From contig JAQCIU010000001.1 in NCBI GenBank assembly GCA_027593235.1, positions 64,001 through 128,000 on the forward strand: a stretch of 64,000 nt of DNA, written 5' to 3'. Below are positions 11,245 through 21,316 of the stretch, piece by piece. The stretch is from Chloroflexota bacterium (GTDB taxonomy: Bacteria; Chloroflexota; Dehalococcoidia; UBA2979). How positions within the stretch are numbered: the stretch's first letter is position 1; each line of letters starts with the position of its first letter. Made by a program: the position numbers and the translations under genes. The notes beneath the pieces are model-generated. The model was not told where the DNA came from and did not search any database. It saw only the letters and a program-made list of their open reading frames with translations.

Positions 11245-11766
11245 GTGATCGGGACGGGCGACGGAACGGATCGGGTTCGACTACGACCACCGACGGATGC
11301 CGATGGCGAGGTGTTGCGGCGCCTCCGCTCCGAAGCGGAAGCGTCGCCGTTTAACTGGTTTGGCGCTCCGTTCAGTGGTGACGATGCGGCGTCCGAGGGG
11401 CGGCGCATCGTGGCGGAGTTCACGGACGAGCAGGGTCACGCAGTGCCGGTTGGGGATCTGACCTGGCACGAGGTGCGGTACGGGCCGAATCCGGAGAGTG
11501 CGGCGTGCAACCTGGGTATCACGCTGCTGGCCGAGTACCGAGGGCGGGGGATTGGGAGTGAGGCGCAGCGGTTGCTCGCGGAGCATCTGTTCGCGACGAC
11601 GACGACGAACCGCGTGGAGGCGTCGACGGAAGTGACGAATGTGGCGGAGCAACGGTCGCTGGAGCGAGCCGGGTTCACGCGCGAGGGGACGGCGCGCGGG
11701 GCGCAGTTCCGAGACGGCGAGTATCGCGACATGGTGACGTACAGCCGGCTTCGCTCGGACTCGTAG
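11245..11766 (+). CDS. GNAT N-acetyltransferase (RimJ/RimL type)
   Basis: YRGRGIGSEAQRLL, NVAEQRSLERAGFTREG motifs. Confidence 0.9.
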   Translation: MIGTGDGTDRVRLRPPTDADGEVLRRLRSEAEASPFNWFGAPFSGDDAASEGRRIVAEFTDEQGHAVPVGDLTWHEVRYGPNPESAACNLGITLLAEYRGRGIGSEAQRLLAEHLFATTTTNRVEASTEVTNVAEQRSLERAGFTREGTARGAQFRDGEYRDMVTYSRLRSDS

Positions 11767-11801
11767 CGCGCGCGACACGGGCGGCGACGGAGGTCGATTC
11801 G

Positions 11802-12167
11802 ATGGTCTCGAGGGCGTTCGAGTCGCCGGGGCGTGGCACCCGCGTGGCGATCGTGGCGATCAAGGCGTTTCACTCGGCGATCTTTTTCGTGAATTCGGCG
11901 GCGATTCTCTACCTGTTCCAGGCAGGCGTTCGAGGGCGATCGGGGCGGTGGACTCGGCCTGCCCTCGGGGCTGTGGGGGTGGAGTTGGTGGCGCTGGCGC
12001 TCAGCGGTGGGGCTTGTCCGCTGACTCGGTTGGTTGAGCGAATGGGGGCCGAGGATGGGCGGGTCTCCGACATCTTCTTGCCGATGTGGTTTGCGGATCG
12101 GATTCCGTGGTTGTGTACGCCGCCGTTGGTTGTGGGTGTGGTGGGTCTGTTGCTGCGGAGGCGGTAG
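11802..12167 (+). CDS. Small membrane protein (DUF2784-like)
   Basis: Three hydrophobic segments; K..HS, CPLT and VSDIFLP motifs. Confidence 0.65.
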   Translation: MVSRAFESPGRGTRVAIVAIKAFHSAIFFVNSAAILYLFQAGVRGRSGRWTRPALGAVGVELVALALSGGACPLTRLVERMGAEDGRVSDIFLPMWFADRIPWLCTPPLVVGVVGLLLRRR

Positions 12168-12275
12168 CCGCTGTCGAGGAGTGCTGTCGCGCTTGCGGCG
12201 GAAGCCGTACGCGCGGTCTCTGCGTGGGGCGGCGAGCGGCGTGCTCCGCACCCGCCTGTCGAGGGAATGGCGGCG

Positions 12276-13574
12276 CTACTTCGGGTTGAGGAGGCGGGCC
12301 TGGGTGCTGCGGGCGTAGTGGCCGAGGTGGTCGAAGTGGCTGACTTCGACCAGGCCGACGCCGTTGGCGTGGGTGGATCGGTCGGCGCGGAGGGCCAGCC
12401 ATTCGCCTTCGGGTGGGCGGAGCAGGTGGACAGAGATGTCCGTGTTGATGAAGGAAGCGTTGGCGCGCTGGTCGGGGTCTTGCCAGTCGGCGGCGTAGTT
12501 GGCGAGCGCGTTGCCGAAGTCGGAGACCGCGGCGAGGCGCTGGAAGGGGGTGGGTTCTTCGCCGGCGACGATGGGGAAGGGGACCCGGATCCAGGCGAGC
12601 GATCCGCGTGGGGCGTCGGGTAATTCGGGCCAGCGGGTTTCGACGAGGGTGTGGAAGCCGCCGCTTCGACCGGGCGGCAGCGGGGCGCCGCGGCTGAGGC
12701 CGAGCGCGGTTTCGAGGCCTTCGGGGCCCGGTGGCGGCGCAATCGGGTTCGTCTCGGGGCCTTCCGATCGGCGGAGGAAGAGGACCTGCGCTCGGGTGAC
12801 TTCGAGGTTCCCGGCGAGTACGGAGACGCGCGCAACCACGACGCGACGGCCCTCTCGGATCAGTTCGACCTGGGTGTGTAGCGCCGTACGGGGGACGGCG
12901 CGGAAGAGGTCGATGGTGATTCTGGCGGGGAGCAGGTCGGAGCCGGAACCGGTGCCCTCGGCGGCCCGGCTTGTTGCGACAGCACGCTCGGCGGCGCGGG
13001 CAACCAGGGCGGCGATCGGGCCGCCGTGGAGAACGTCGGTGCCCCATGCGCTGGCGGCGTAGGGGGTGGGCAGCAGCGCGTCGCCGTAGGGGACGAACGC
13101 GGCGGCTTCGCCGGGAATGGCTTTGGCGGCTTCGGCGAAGGTGATGCTCGTGACGAGTAGCTCGGCATCGCCTTCCGCCGTCGATCCGTCCTCGGTGCTA
13201 GCGGTGTCCTCGGAGGTGATGTCGGCCGCGTCGGCGCTGGGTTCGGCTGCCTCCGGGGTGTCGGATTCGACTGCGGCCGAGGCTTCGGCTTCGGCCGGGG
13301 GCGGATCGTCGGATTCAATTGCGAGCACTGCGGCGCTCTCAGGTGTGGGCGGCGCGCTGGGCTCGGCGGCCGCGCTGGTGCTGAGTTCGTCGGCAGGCGG
13401 GGTGCTGGCTTCGGGCGCGGGGGTGTCTTCGCTCAGGGTGTCCGGCGCCGGAGGGGCGGGTTGTTCGGTCGGTCGCGCGGCATCGAGGTCAGCCGTCGCG
13501 GAGGCGGACAGGGGATCGGCGGTGTCGGATTGGGCAGCAAGGGGCGGCTGCTCGGAGAGGTTGGCGTCGCTCAC
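12276..13574 (-). CDS. Acyl-CoA thioesterase-like (double hot-dog) protein with long acidic N-terminal extension
   Basis: W...LHGGP, RITIDLFRAVP, DFGN and FINTDISVHLLRPPEGEW motifs; first ~140 aa are Ala/Pro/Asp/Glu-rich. Confidence 0.85.
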   Translation of the reverse strand: MSDANLSEQPPLAAQSDTADPLSASATADLDAARPTEQPAPPAPDTLSEDTPAPEASTPPADELSTSAAAEPSAPPTPESAAVLAIESDDPPPAEAEASAAVESDTPEAAEPSADAADITSEDTASTEDGSTAEGDAELLVTSITFAEAAKAIPGEAAAFVPYGDALLPTPYAASAWGTDVLHGGPIAALVARAAERAVATSRAAEGTGSGSDLLPARITIDLFRAVPRTALHTQVELIREGRRVVVARVSVLAGNLEVTRAQVLFLRRSEGPETNPIAPPPGPEGLETALGLSRGAPLPPGRSGGFHTLVETRWPELPDAPRGSLAWIRVPFPIVAGEEPTPFQRLAAVSDFGNALANYAADWQDPDQRANASFINTDISVHLLRPPEGEWLALRADRSTHANGVGLVEVSHFDHLGHYARSTQARLLNPK

Positions 13575-13607
13575 GAGGTGGCGATCAGGGCGTGTGAAGA
13601 GGCGATG

Positions 13608-13796
13608 TTACTTCGCAGCCTGGTCGGAGGTTGGGGCGGCGGCAGCGGTCCAGCGGCGCATCTCGTCGATGTGATCGGCGGGGTTGATGTCGGGCTTGCG
13701 GCCGGGGAGGACAGAGCGGAGCTTGTGGCGCGCCACGGTGGCGGCCGGCGCGACGGCGGCCATCATTGGGACCCAGATGTGGACGGGGCAGCCCAT
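13608..13796 (-). CDS. Small hypothetical protein (62 aa, MGCPVHIW...)
   Basis: ATG 13796 preceded by GAGGAG; fills the gap between co-oriented genes. Confidence 0.6.
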   Translation of the reverse strand: MGCPVHIWVPMMAAVAPAATVARHKLRSVLPGRKPDINPADHIDEMRRWTAAAAPTSDQAAK

Positions 13797-13938
13797 GCGT
13801 TGCTCCTCGATCCGCTCGTTAGAGCGTGAGCGTAGCAACGAGGCCGCAGGCGGGCTACCGGGCTGTCGCTTGATGAACAGCAGCAGGCGCGGCCGTTGTT
13901 GTCCCGGCGGCGCTACGCGCTCGGGCTGTCGGGTCGCG

Positions 13939-14526
13939 CTACACGCTCGGGGCGGCTGGCCAGTCCTCGCGCGCGATCGCGTATTCGAGGTCGTCGCCGT
14001 CCCACGAGGTGAGGTCCGGGCGGTGCGCCGTGTCCGAGGTGGCAAGCTGCTCCGGCGTTGGGCGGAAGCGGCGGCGCAGCGTCAGGCCGAGGCGGTCCAT
14101 GACGCGCTGAGAGGCGAGGTTGTCCTCGTAGGTGTTCGCGATGACGCGGTCCGTTGCGCCGCCGGCGAACGCGCGGGCGACGAGGGCGCGCGCGGCCTCG
14201 GTGGCGTAACCGTGGCCCCAGGCGTCGCGCCCGAACCGGTAGCCGAGTTCGGCTTCGCGCGGATCGGCGGCGGTTGGTCGGAGCGAGACCCAGCCGAGGA
14301 AGGCGCTGCTCTCCAGTGCGCAGACGGCGAAGCACCCGAAGTGCGGCCGAGCGGGATCGTGGCGCATGAGGTTGGGGAGCAGGGTCGTCTCGATGACCTC
14401 GAGCGGGGTGGGGACGCCGCCGTTGATGTAGCGCATCACCTCGGGATCGTTGTCGAGTGCGTGGATGGCGGGCGCGTCATCGGCGGTGAGGCGGCGGAGC
14501 AGGAGGCGGTCGGTCTCGATTGGCAT
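13939..14526 (-). CDS. GNAT N-acetyltransferase (RimJ/RimL type)
   Basis: ETDRLLLR, ELGYRF..AWGHGYATEAARAL and NLASQRVM motifs. Confidence 0.9.
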   Translation of the reverse strand: MPIETDRLLLRRLTADDAPAIHALDNDPEVMRYINGGVPTPLEVIETTLLPNLMRHDPARPHFGCFAVCALESSAFLGWVSLRPTAADPREAELGYRFGRDAWGHGYATEAARALVARAFAGGATDRVIANTYEDNLASQRVMDRLGLTLRRRFRPTPEQLATSDTAHRPDLTSWDGDDLEYAIAREDWPAAPSV

Positions 14527-14548
14527 CGGGGCTTGGCGGTCGCGGCCG

Positions 14549-15532
14549 CTAGCCGCCCGCGGCGGCGAGCTGTTCGGCGTAGGCCGCGATGACCGTCTCG
14601 CTGCCGGTGCCGGGCGCGTCACCGCGGCGGGCGGCGTCGTTCGAGAGGATCTGGACGGCGCGGTTGTAGGGGGTGGGGACGCCGTGAAGGGCGCCGAGGA
14701 GCGCGATCTCGCCGTTGAGGTAGTCGGCCTCGATGCCGCGCCCGCGCGCGAGACTCTGCCACGCCGAGGTGCCGCGCCGCTCGTAGCCGGGGACATCGCC
14801 CTGCGACATGACGGCGCGGTGGCGCGTGCCAAGTTCCTCGGGGGTGGCGACATCGATACCCGCCGCTGCGAAGGCGGCGTCGGCTTCCTCGATCATCCGC
14901 GCGACGACGGGGCCGCCGCGGCTCTCGTTGCCGATCAGGGCGTCCATGGCGTTGTTGAGGTTGCTGCGGAGTTTGGCGTACTTGATGCGCATGGGCAGCG
15001 GATCGAGTTTGGCGATCATGCCACTGGTGCTGATGTCCGCGCAGACCTGTTCGATCAGCGGATCGAGGCCGTGTGGGTAGCGGCCGGCATCGAGCCAGGC
15101 GCTGATCGGCGTGCCGTGGAGGACCACCTCGCCAGGATCGAGGAACGTCGAGGGCATCATCACGAGCATGGCGTAGACGCGGGTGAACCGGCGCGCCGCT
15201 TCGCGCTCGTTGTTGACGCCGTTCTGGGCGCAGATGACGGGGATGCCGGGACCGGCGATTGCGCGCAGCGTATCGAGGGCGGCGATGCTGTCCTGCGATT
15301 TAGTGGTGAGCAGGACGACGTCGTCCTCGCGGAACTCGATCTCGGCGGGGTGATCGACGGCGGTGACAGGCTCGGTAAATGTCCCATGCGGGGTGCGAGC
15401 GGTCAGCCCGTCGGTGAGCATCCTCGCGAGGTGGGCGCCACGGGCGATCAGCACGACCTCGTGACCGTGCCGCTGGAGCAGGACGCCGATGCCGCCGCCG
15501 ATCGCTCCGGCACCGTAGATGATGTAACGCAC
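14549..15532 (-). CDS. Ketopantoate reductase (2-dehydropantoate 2-reductase) family
   Basis: GAGAIGG, K-SQD, QNGV, KL..NL.N, S..QSL.RG..EADYLNGEI motifs. Confidence 0.88.
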   Translation of the reverse strand: MRYIIYGAGAIGGGIGVLLQRHGHEVVLIARGAHLARMLTDGLTARTPHGTFTEPVTAVDHPAEIEFREDDVVLLTTKSQDSIAALDTLRAIAGPGIPVICAQNGVNNEREAARRFTRVYAMLVMMPSTFLDPGEVVLHGTPISAWLDAGRYPHGLDPLIEQVCADISTSGMIAKLDPLPMRIKYAKLRSNLNNAMDALIGNESRGGPVVARMIEEADAAFAAAGIDVATPEELGTRHRAVMSQGDVPGYERRGTSAWQSLARGRGIEADYLNGEIALLGALHGVPTPYNRAVQILSNDAARRGDAPGTGSETVIAAYAEQLAAAGG

Positions 15533-15589
15533 CGTGCCGCCGTTCGCTGCGAGCGCGGGCGGTTCCCGCGCATGCCATGATGACCCCAG

Positions 15590-16687
15590 ATGGTTGACCG
15601 CACGTTACCGAACTCTTCCAGCGACGCGGATCGTTCCGGTTGGAGCGATGGCACGCGTCCGTTTCGCGCGGCGCGCTGGTTGCCGGGTGGACACCTGCAG
15701 ACGGTCGGGCCGGCGCTGTTTTCGCTGCCGCCCGAGCCGCTCTCGCGGCGCATCGTCGTCGAGGTCGAAGCGGCCTCCGAGGCCGCTCCCGGCGGCGGCG
15801 CGGGCGGTGCGCGCGGGGCGTCCTCGGTGGAGGTGCTGATCTCGGAGAACGTGCGGCGTCCGGCACGCGGGACGATCGTGACGGTGCACGGCCTCGGTGG
15901 ATCGGCGCGCACGGGGGATTCGCGACGGACGGCGACGCAGGCGTTGGCCGCTGGCTGGGACGTCGCGCGGGTGAACCTGCGGAACTGCGGGGGGACGGAA
16001 GCGCTGTCCTCGACGCTCTACAACGCGACCCAGAGCGGCGACATCGGGCAAGTCCTCGGGGCGCTCGAGCGCGAGGGGCTGCCGCGGCCATACGCCGTGG
16101 TGTCGTTCTCGCTGGGGGCGAACCAGGTGCTGTTGCACGCCGCGGAGGCCGGAGCCGGATGCGGGGCGGACGCGATCGTGGCGGTGAATCCGCCAATCGA
16201 TCTGGCGGCGGCGAACCGGGCGATCCGTCGACCGGAGAACGCGCTCTATCACCTGCGGTACACACAGTCGCTCTGCGCACTCCTGGATCGGGTGCGCACG
16301 GACCGACCGGTGGCGGGGCCGCCGGCGCGCTGGTGGCAACTGCGCAGCGTGCGTCGGTTCGATCAGCAGTACACGGTGCCGGACGCGGGCCAGCCAGACG
16401 TGGAGACCTATTACGCGGTGGCGAGCGCCGGGCCGCGCCTGGGCGCAATCACGGTACCGACGCTGGTGCTGTCCGCCGTGGACGATCCGATCGTGCGGCT
16501 CGAGTCCTTCGAGGCGTATCGCACCCCTCGAGATCACGCGGTGCGCTTCGAGCATCCGGCGTCGGGCGGGCACTGCGGATACTGGCAGCGCGGGCAGCCG
16601 CGACCGTGGGCGCCGCGGCGGGCGCTGGCGTTCCTCGATGAGGTGCTCGGTGACGCGGGAGATCGGGCACGGGGCGGCAGTTCATAG
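15590..16687 (+). CDS. YheT-family alpha/beta hydrolase
   Basis: GGHLQT, HGLGGS, NLRNCGG, FSLGAN nucleophile, DDP and GGHCG motifs. Confidence 0.88.
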   Translation: MVDRTLPNSSSDADRSGWSDGTRPFRAARWLPGGHLQTVGPALFSLPPEPLSRRIVVEVEAASEAAPGGGAGGARGASSVEVLISENVRRPARGTIVTVHGLGGSARTGDSRRTATQALAAGWDVARVNLRNCGGTEALSSTLYNATQSGDIGQVLGALEREGLPRPYAVVSFSLGANQVLLHAAEAGAGCGADAIVAVNPPIDLAAANRAIRRPENALYHLRYTQSLCALLDRVRTDRPVAGPPARWWQLRSVRRFDQQYTVPDAGQPDVETYYAVASAGPRLGAITVPTLVLSAVDDPIVRLESFEAYRTPRDHAVRFEHPASGGHCGYWQRGQPRPWAPRRALAFLDEVLGDAGDRARGGSS

Positions 16688-16744
16688 GCGGTGCAGTCGT
16701 TAGGATTTCCTCCCTGGGTCGTAGGCGCCCGAGAGGGGATCTGG

Positions 16745-17200
16745 ATGAAGCGGATTGGTGTGCTGGGTTTGAGCGTCCTGGCGGTGATGGTGCTAGGCGC
16801 GTGTTACGACGCCGGAGCGCAGCGCGAAGATCGGTTCGAGGCGCAGCGCGAGGTGTTCGAGGGGCGCGTTCCGGAAGGCGGGGTTTCAACGCCCGCGCCG
16901 ACGCCGGTGGATCCGGACGCGACGGTCGATCCGAACGATCCGTCCTCAGCGATTGTTCAGGAGCTCCCGGTCGGCGAGTACTTTGCCTCGCTGTGCGCTG
17001 GCTGCCACGGGCTGGATCGCAGTGGCGGCGTTGGGCTGCCGTTGTTGCGTGAGGGGCTGACGGAGCCGGACGATTTCTACACGCAGACGATTATGAACGG
17101 GCGCGCCGGCACGGCGATGGCGGCGTATGGCGGCGGCGCGGTGCTGACCGACGCCGAGGTGTCGGCGATCGTGACCTGGCTGAAGAACACCGACCCGTAG
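16745..17200 (+). CDS. Monoheme class I cytochrome c lipoprotein
   Basis: Lipobox LGAC, single CAGCH heme motif, distal Met in GRAGTAM. Confidence 0.88.
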   Translation: MKRIGVLGLSVLAVMVLGACYDAGAQREDRFEAQREVFEGRVPEGGVSTPAPTPVDPDATVDPNDPSSAIVQELPVGEYFASLCAGCHGLDRSGGVGLPLLREGLTEPDDFYTQTIMNGRAGTAMAAYGGGAVLTDAEVSAIVTWLKNTDP

Positions 17201-17225
17201 CCGAGACCGATCGACCTCGAGAGCT

Positions 17226-17260
17226 GAAACGGCCGTCGCGAGAGCGACGGCCGTTTCGTT
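17226..17260. terminator. Hairpin terminator between convergent genes
   Basis: GAAACGGCCGTCGC-GAGA-GCGACGGCCGTTTC. Confidence 0.8.
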
Positions 17261-17298
17261 GTCGCGTCCGCGCGTGCGCGCGGCCGTCGCGCGTGCGG

Positions 17299-18612
17299 CT
17301 AGGGGTGGGTCCTCGCGAGCTGCGGTGTCACCTCGGCGGCGTCGGCCGGTGCCTGGGCGTGGACGGAGGGGGAGCGAGGGACCGTGGTGACGACCGCGAT
17401 GGCGGCGACGACGAGGCCGCAGGAGAGGGCGCCCCAGACGACGGGGTAGCCGAAGGCGACCGTGCCGACGCCGACGGCGAGCGGGCCGGCGGCGGCGCCG
17501 ATGCGAATCGCGAGGTAGATCTGGCCATAGATGGCGCCAAAGGTGCGTTCGCCGAACGCGGCGGCGACGGAGAGCGGCTGGAGGATGACGAGCACGCCCA
17601 TGGTGAAGCCGAAGAGGATCGAACCGGCGACCTGCATGGCGGGGGTCGGCGCGACAGCCAGCACCGCAAAGGCGACGGCCTGGATCAGGAAGACGATGCC
17701 GTTGGTGAGCGGGGGCGAGAGCAGGTCGCCGACGAAGACGAAGAGGGCGCGACCAACGGTGGAGGCGACGGTGACGGCGGTGACAACGGCCGCCGCCTGG
17801 ACGAGGGTGAACGATCCCGAGGTGAGGTAGCTGACCTGGTGAATCAGGAAGCTGCCCTGCGCGAACATGCCGAGCGGGAGCGTGAGCGCGAGCGCCCAGA
17901 AGGCGCGTTGGTGGGTCGCTTCGGCGAGGGTCCAGGCGCGCTCGGGGGCGGCGGCGTCCTCGTCACGGTCGGTGCTCGCCTCGGTAGCTGCGCCGTTGGC
18001 GCCGTCGGGCCGGAGCCCGAGCGCGGCGGGGTCGTTGCGGATGACGAAGGTCGCGACGGGCCAGACCACGGCGATGGCGAAGACGGCGAGGAGCAGGCCG
18101 GCAGTGGGCGCGCCCCAGGTCCCGAGGACGTTCGCATTGATCGGGGCGAGGATCATGCCGCCGATCGAGGCGCCAAAGGTGGCGATCGTCATGGCGCGTG
18201 TGCGTGAGCGGACGAACCAGCGGGCGATCGTCTTACCGAGCGTGACGGTGTGGAGGCAGGCGAAGCCGGCACCGAGGATGGTGAAGGCGACGTAGGTGTG
18301 CCAGACGGTGGTGGCGAAGCCGAGCGAGGCGATCCCGATCGCGACGACGGTGCCGCCGACGAGGAAGACGGAACGCGGGCCGCGTCGATCGACGGTGCGG
18401 CCAACGAGGATGCCGACAAGCCCCGCGGTGATCTGGAAGAGCGTGTGACCGACGGAAAGCGAAGCGCGGGACCAGCCGCGTTCGTCGACGAAGTAGGCGA
18501 TGAAGATGCCGTTGATGAAGATGGCGACGCCCCAGGTGACGAGGGCGATCGCGTTACAACCGGCGACGATGTACCAGCCGTAGAAGACGCGGCCGCGCGG
18601 TGGGTCAGGCAT
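17299..18612 (-). CDS. MFS transporter
   Basis: FYGWYIV N-terminus, GRTVDRRGPR motif A, about 12 TM segments. Confidence 0.92.
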   Translation of the reverse strand: MPDPPRGRVFYGWYIVAGCNAIALVTWGVAIFINGIFIAYFVDERGWSRASLSVGHTLFQITAGLVGILVGRTVDRRGPRSVFLVGGTVVAIGIASLGFATTVWHTYVAFTILGAGFACLHTVTLGKTIARWFVRSRTRAMTIATFGASIGGMILAPINANVLGTWGAPTAGLLLAVFAIAVVWPVATFVIRNDPAALGLRPDGANGAATEASTDRDEDAAAPERAWTLAEATHQRAFWALALTLPLGMFAQGSFLIHQVSYLTSGSFTLVQAAAVVTAVTVASTVGRALFVFVGDLLSPPLTNGIVFLIQAVAFAVLAVAPTPAMQVAGSILFGFTMGVLVILQPLSVAAAFGERTFGAIYGQIYLAIRIGAAAGPLAVGVGTVAFGYPVVWGALSCGLVVAAIAVVTTVPRSPSVHAQAPADAAEVTPQLARTHP

Positions 18613-18832
18613 CGGATGCGGTCCTCGGCGGGTGCACGCGGGGGGCTCGGCGCGGCGGGTTGGGTGTCGCCGTGGGACAGGATCGAGTGCGCCAGGGCAT
18701 GCGTCCAATGCATAGTTCGATGGTGATCGATGTGCACTGATCATGGGCGGTTGCGGGCGTGATCCTCGACACTGGATCGCTCCGCCGGCCCGGCAGCGGT
18801 GGCGTGAACAGGTAGCGAGCAGGGAGAGCCAG

Positions 18833-19684
18833 ATGTCACGGATCGTCTACGTCAATGGCGAGTACGTGCCGGAGGAGCAGGCAAAGGTCTCGGTCTTCGA
18901 CCGCGGATTCCTGTTCGCGGACGGGGTCTACGAGGTGTCGGCGGTCCTCGATGGGCGGCTGGTGGACAACGCGGCGCACCTGGCGCGGCTGGAGCGGTCG
19001 CTGGCGGAGCTGAAGCTGACGCCGCCGGTGCCGCTGTCGGAGATCCCGACGATCCAGCAGGAGGTGGTGACGCGGAACGGGGTGGGGCAGGGGCTGGTTT
19101 ACCTGCAGATCACGCGCGGCGCTGCCGATCGCGACTTTGCGTTCCCGACCGATGCCGTTCCGTCGCTGGTGATGTTTTCGCAGACGCGGAACCTGCTGGA
19201 GGATCCGGTGGCGGCGCGCGGGATCTCGGTGGTGACGATGCCTGATCTGCGCTGGGCGCGGCGCGACATCAAGACGGTGCAGTTGGTGGCGGCCTCGATG
19301 GCGAAGCAGGCGGCGCGGGATGCTGGCGCGGACGACGCGTGGCTGGTCGAGGACGGCGTGATCACCGAGGCCACCTCGAGCAACGCGTACATCGTGACGG
19401 CCGACGGGACGATCGTGACGCGTGCGTTGTCGCACGCGATCTTGCACGGGATCACGCGACGCGCGGTCTTGCGACTGGCCTCGGAGAACGGACTGGACGT
19501 CGAGGAGCTTGGCTTCTCCGTCAAGGAAGCGCAGGCCGCGCGCGAAGCGTTCGTAACGAGCGCAACGGGGCTGGTGATGCCAGTGGTGCGGATCGACGGG
19601 CAGGAGATCGGCGACGGGACGCCGGGGCCGATCGCGAAGCGGCTGCGCGAGCTGTACCTGGAGATGGCGCGCGCCGAGGCGTGA
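18833..19684 (+). CDS. dat: D-amino-acid transaminase (class IV PLP aminotransferase)
   Basis: DRGFLFADGVYEV, YLQITRG, RWARRDIKT, EATSSN and LHGITR motifs. Confidence 0.9.
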   Translation: MSRIVYVNGEYVPEEQAKVSVFDRGFLFADGVYEVSAVLDGRLVDNAAHLARLERSLAELKLTPPVPLSEIPTIQQEVVTRNGVGQGLVYLQITRGAADRDFAFPTDAVPSLVMFSQTRNLLEDPVAARGISVVTMPDLRWARRDIKTVQLVAASMAKQAARDAGADDAWLVEDGVITEATSSNAYIVTADGTIVTRALSHAILHGITRRAVLRLASENGLDVEELGFSVKEAQAAREAFVTSATGLVMPVVRIDGQEIGDGTPGPIAKRLRELYLEMARAEA

Positions 19685-19685
19685 C

Positions 19686-19730
19686 GCCGCCCCTTGCCGC
19701 CCCTTGCCGCCCCTCGCCGCCCCTCGCTGC
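19686..19730. repeat. 10-bp tandem repeat (GCCGCCCCTY) x4
   Basis: Seen directly between two convergent stops. Confidence 0.75.
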
Positions 19731-19746
19731 GCGCCGGTGCTCGGAC

Positions 19747-21135
19747 TCAGGCGGGGAGCAACTCCGTGAGCTTCGCCATGGCGGGTTGTACCTGGGCGAG
19801 GTAGCGCCCGATCTGTTGGGCGGCCTCGGGGTTGGCTCGCAGGCGATCACCGGACAGCTTCAGCGGGTTGAGCCGCGAGGTGTCGAGCCACTCGTTGAGC
19901 TTTGGGTGCTGACGCCACACCTGCCTGGCCGCGACGTCCAACTGGAACATGCGCAGCCAGTCCTCCGGCACCTCGGGTGGGGAGATCGGCACGCAGAGGG
20001 CGTTCTTCTCCACTTCATCGTCGAAGGCCGATTCGACGTAGGCGATGAACGCGGCACTGAGGGTGGGCTGACAGGTCCGCACCCACTGCAAGGTGATCCG
20101 GTCGCCGTCGAAGATGGCGGTTGATGGCTTCGCCGGGATGCCGGCGGCGGAACAGTCGACGTAGAGGCAGTTGGCGGGAGCGGGGACGTTCCCCCGTTCG
20201 AGGTGGATCTCTCGGGCGTCGATGCTGGTCACCCGTCCGAGCCGGATGATGTCGCTGATGCCCCGCAACTGCGCGAGTTCGGCGTCGCTGAGCGTGGCGC
20301 AGTGGTAGGCGGTCGGCGTCACGGCGGGGTCGATCCGGGCGAGTTCACCCGTCGATTCGAGGTGCGCGAAGACGTCATCGATCGATTGCGCGGTCGCGAT
20401 CGCTTCCATCTGATCGGCGAGGCTGCGGCAGAACCGCGTGAGGAACTGATCGCCGGTCTGGAAGTTGGCGCGATTCAGCACCCAGGAATCGCGGGGCATG
20501 ACCCAGTGGATGCGGTCGGGGCTGACCCCGTACTCCAGCAACCACATGCAGGCGTCCATGCCGGTCTTTCCAGCTCCGATCACGACGTAGTCGTGGAAGT
20601 CGGGCGCCAGTCGCGGCAGATTGTTGAGCGGGACGCAGGTGAGCTCGGCGGCCACCTCGTATGCGGGCGGGGTGGTGGCGGGGATCCGCATCTGCGACCA
20701 CGTGGCGTCGACGGTCCGCGACGCACTCACCTCGATCCGTTCGCCGGAGAGGCGAGAGACGATCGCGCCGTCATCTTCGACCTCGCTCATCGGGAAGAAC
20801 TGGACGCGACCGGAGGGCAGCAGGCGCTGTCGCATGGTCTGGTCGAAGTGATTGACGACCTCGTGCCCCGAGGCGAGTTCCCGCAGTCCGGCGTTCGACC
20901 CGGACTGGTCGATCGCCCCGGTGCCGAGCTCCAGCGAGTTCACGCCGTAGAAGCTGGAGGGCTGATGCAGGCGAACGAACGGGTAGGCGTCGTTCCAGTG
21001 GCCGCCGGCACGGTCACGCCGGTCGACGATTGCCATCGTGGCGTCGGATTCGGAGAGCAGCGTATCGGCGAACGCGATGCCGACGGCGCCGGCTCCGATG
21101 ATCAGGTAGTCCACGTCGAGTTGGTTCGAGGGCAT
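19747..21135 (-). CDS. NAD(P)/FAD-dependent oxidoreductase
   Basis: DYLIIGAGAVG, GGHWNDAYPFVRLHQPS and second GAGKTG dinucleotide motif. Confidence 0.88.
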   Translation of the reverse strand: MPSNQLDVDYLIIGAGAVGIAFADTLLSESDATMAIVDRRDRAGGHWNDAYPFVRLHQPSSFYGVNSLELGTGAIDQSGSNAGLRELASGHEVVNHFDQTMRQRLLPSGRVQFFPMSEVEDDGAIVSRLSGERIEVSASRTVDATWSQMRIPATTPPAYEVAAELTCVPLNNLPRLAPDFHDYVVIGAGKTGMDACMWLLEYGVSPDRIHWVMPRDSWVLNRANFQTGDQFLTRFCRSLADQMEAIATAQSIDDVFAHLESTGELARIDPAVTPTAYHCATLSDAELAQLRGISDIIRLGRVTSIDAREIHLERGNVPAPANCLYVDCSAAGIPAKPSTAIFDGDRITLQWVRTCQPTLSAAFIAYVESAFDDEVEKNALCVPISPPEVPEDWLRMFQLDVAARQVWRQHPKLNEWLDTSRLNPLKLSGDRLRANPEAAQQIGRYLAQVQPAMAKLTELLPA

Positions 21136-21316
21136 GCTGCTACTCTGATGATTGCGCTCGCCGCGCGGGATGGGCCTGTGCACGGTACCGGCGGGAACGC
21201 CGATCGACCCGTCGAGTAGCGCCCCGTCGCCAACAGATTCCGCACGGTTGTCGCCGTGCAACGGTACCTGAGCGGCGCGGGATCGCCGAGGATCGCCATC
21301 GACGGGGGTGCGGCAG

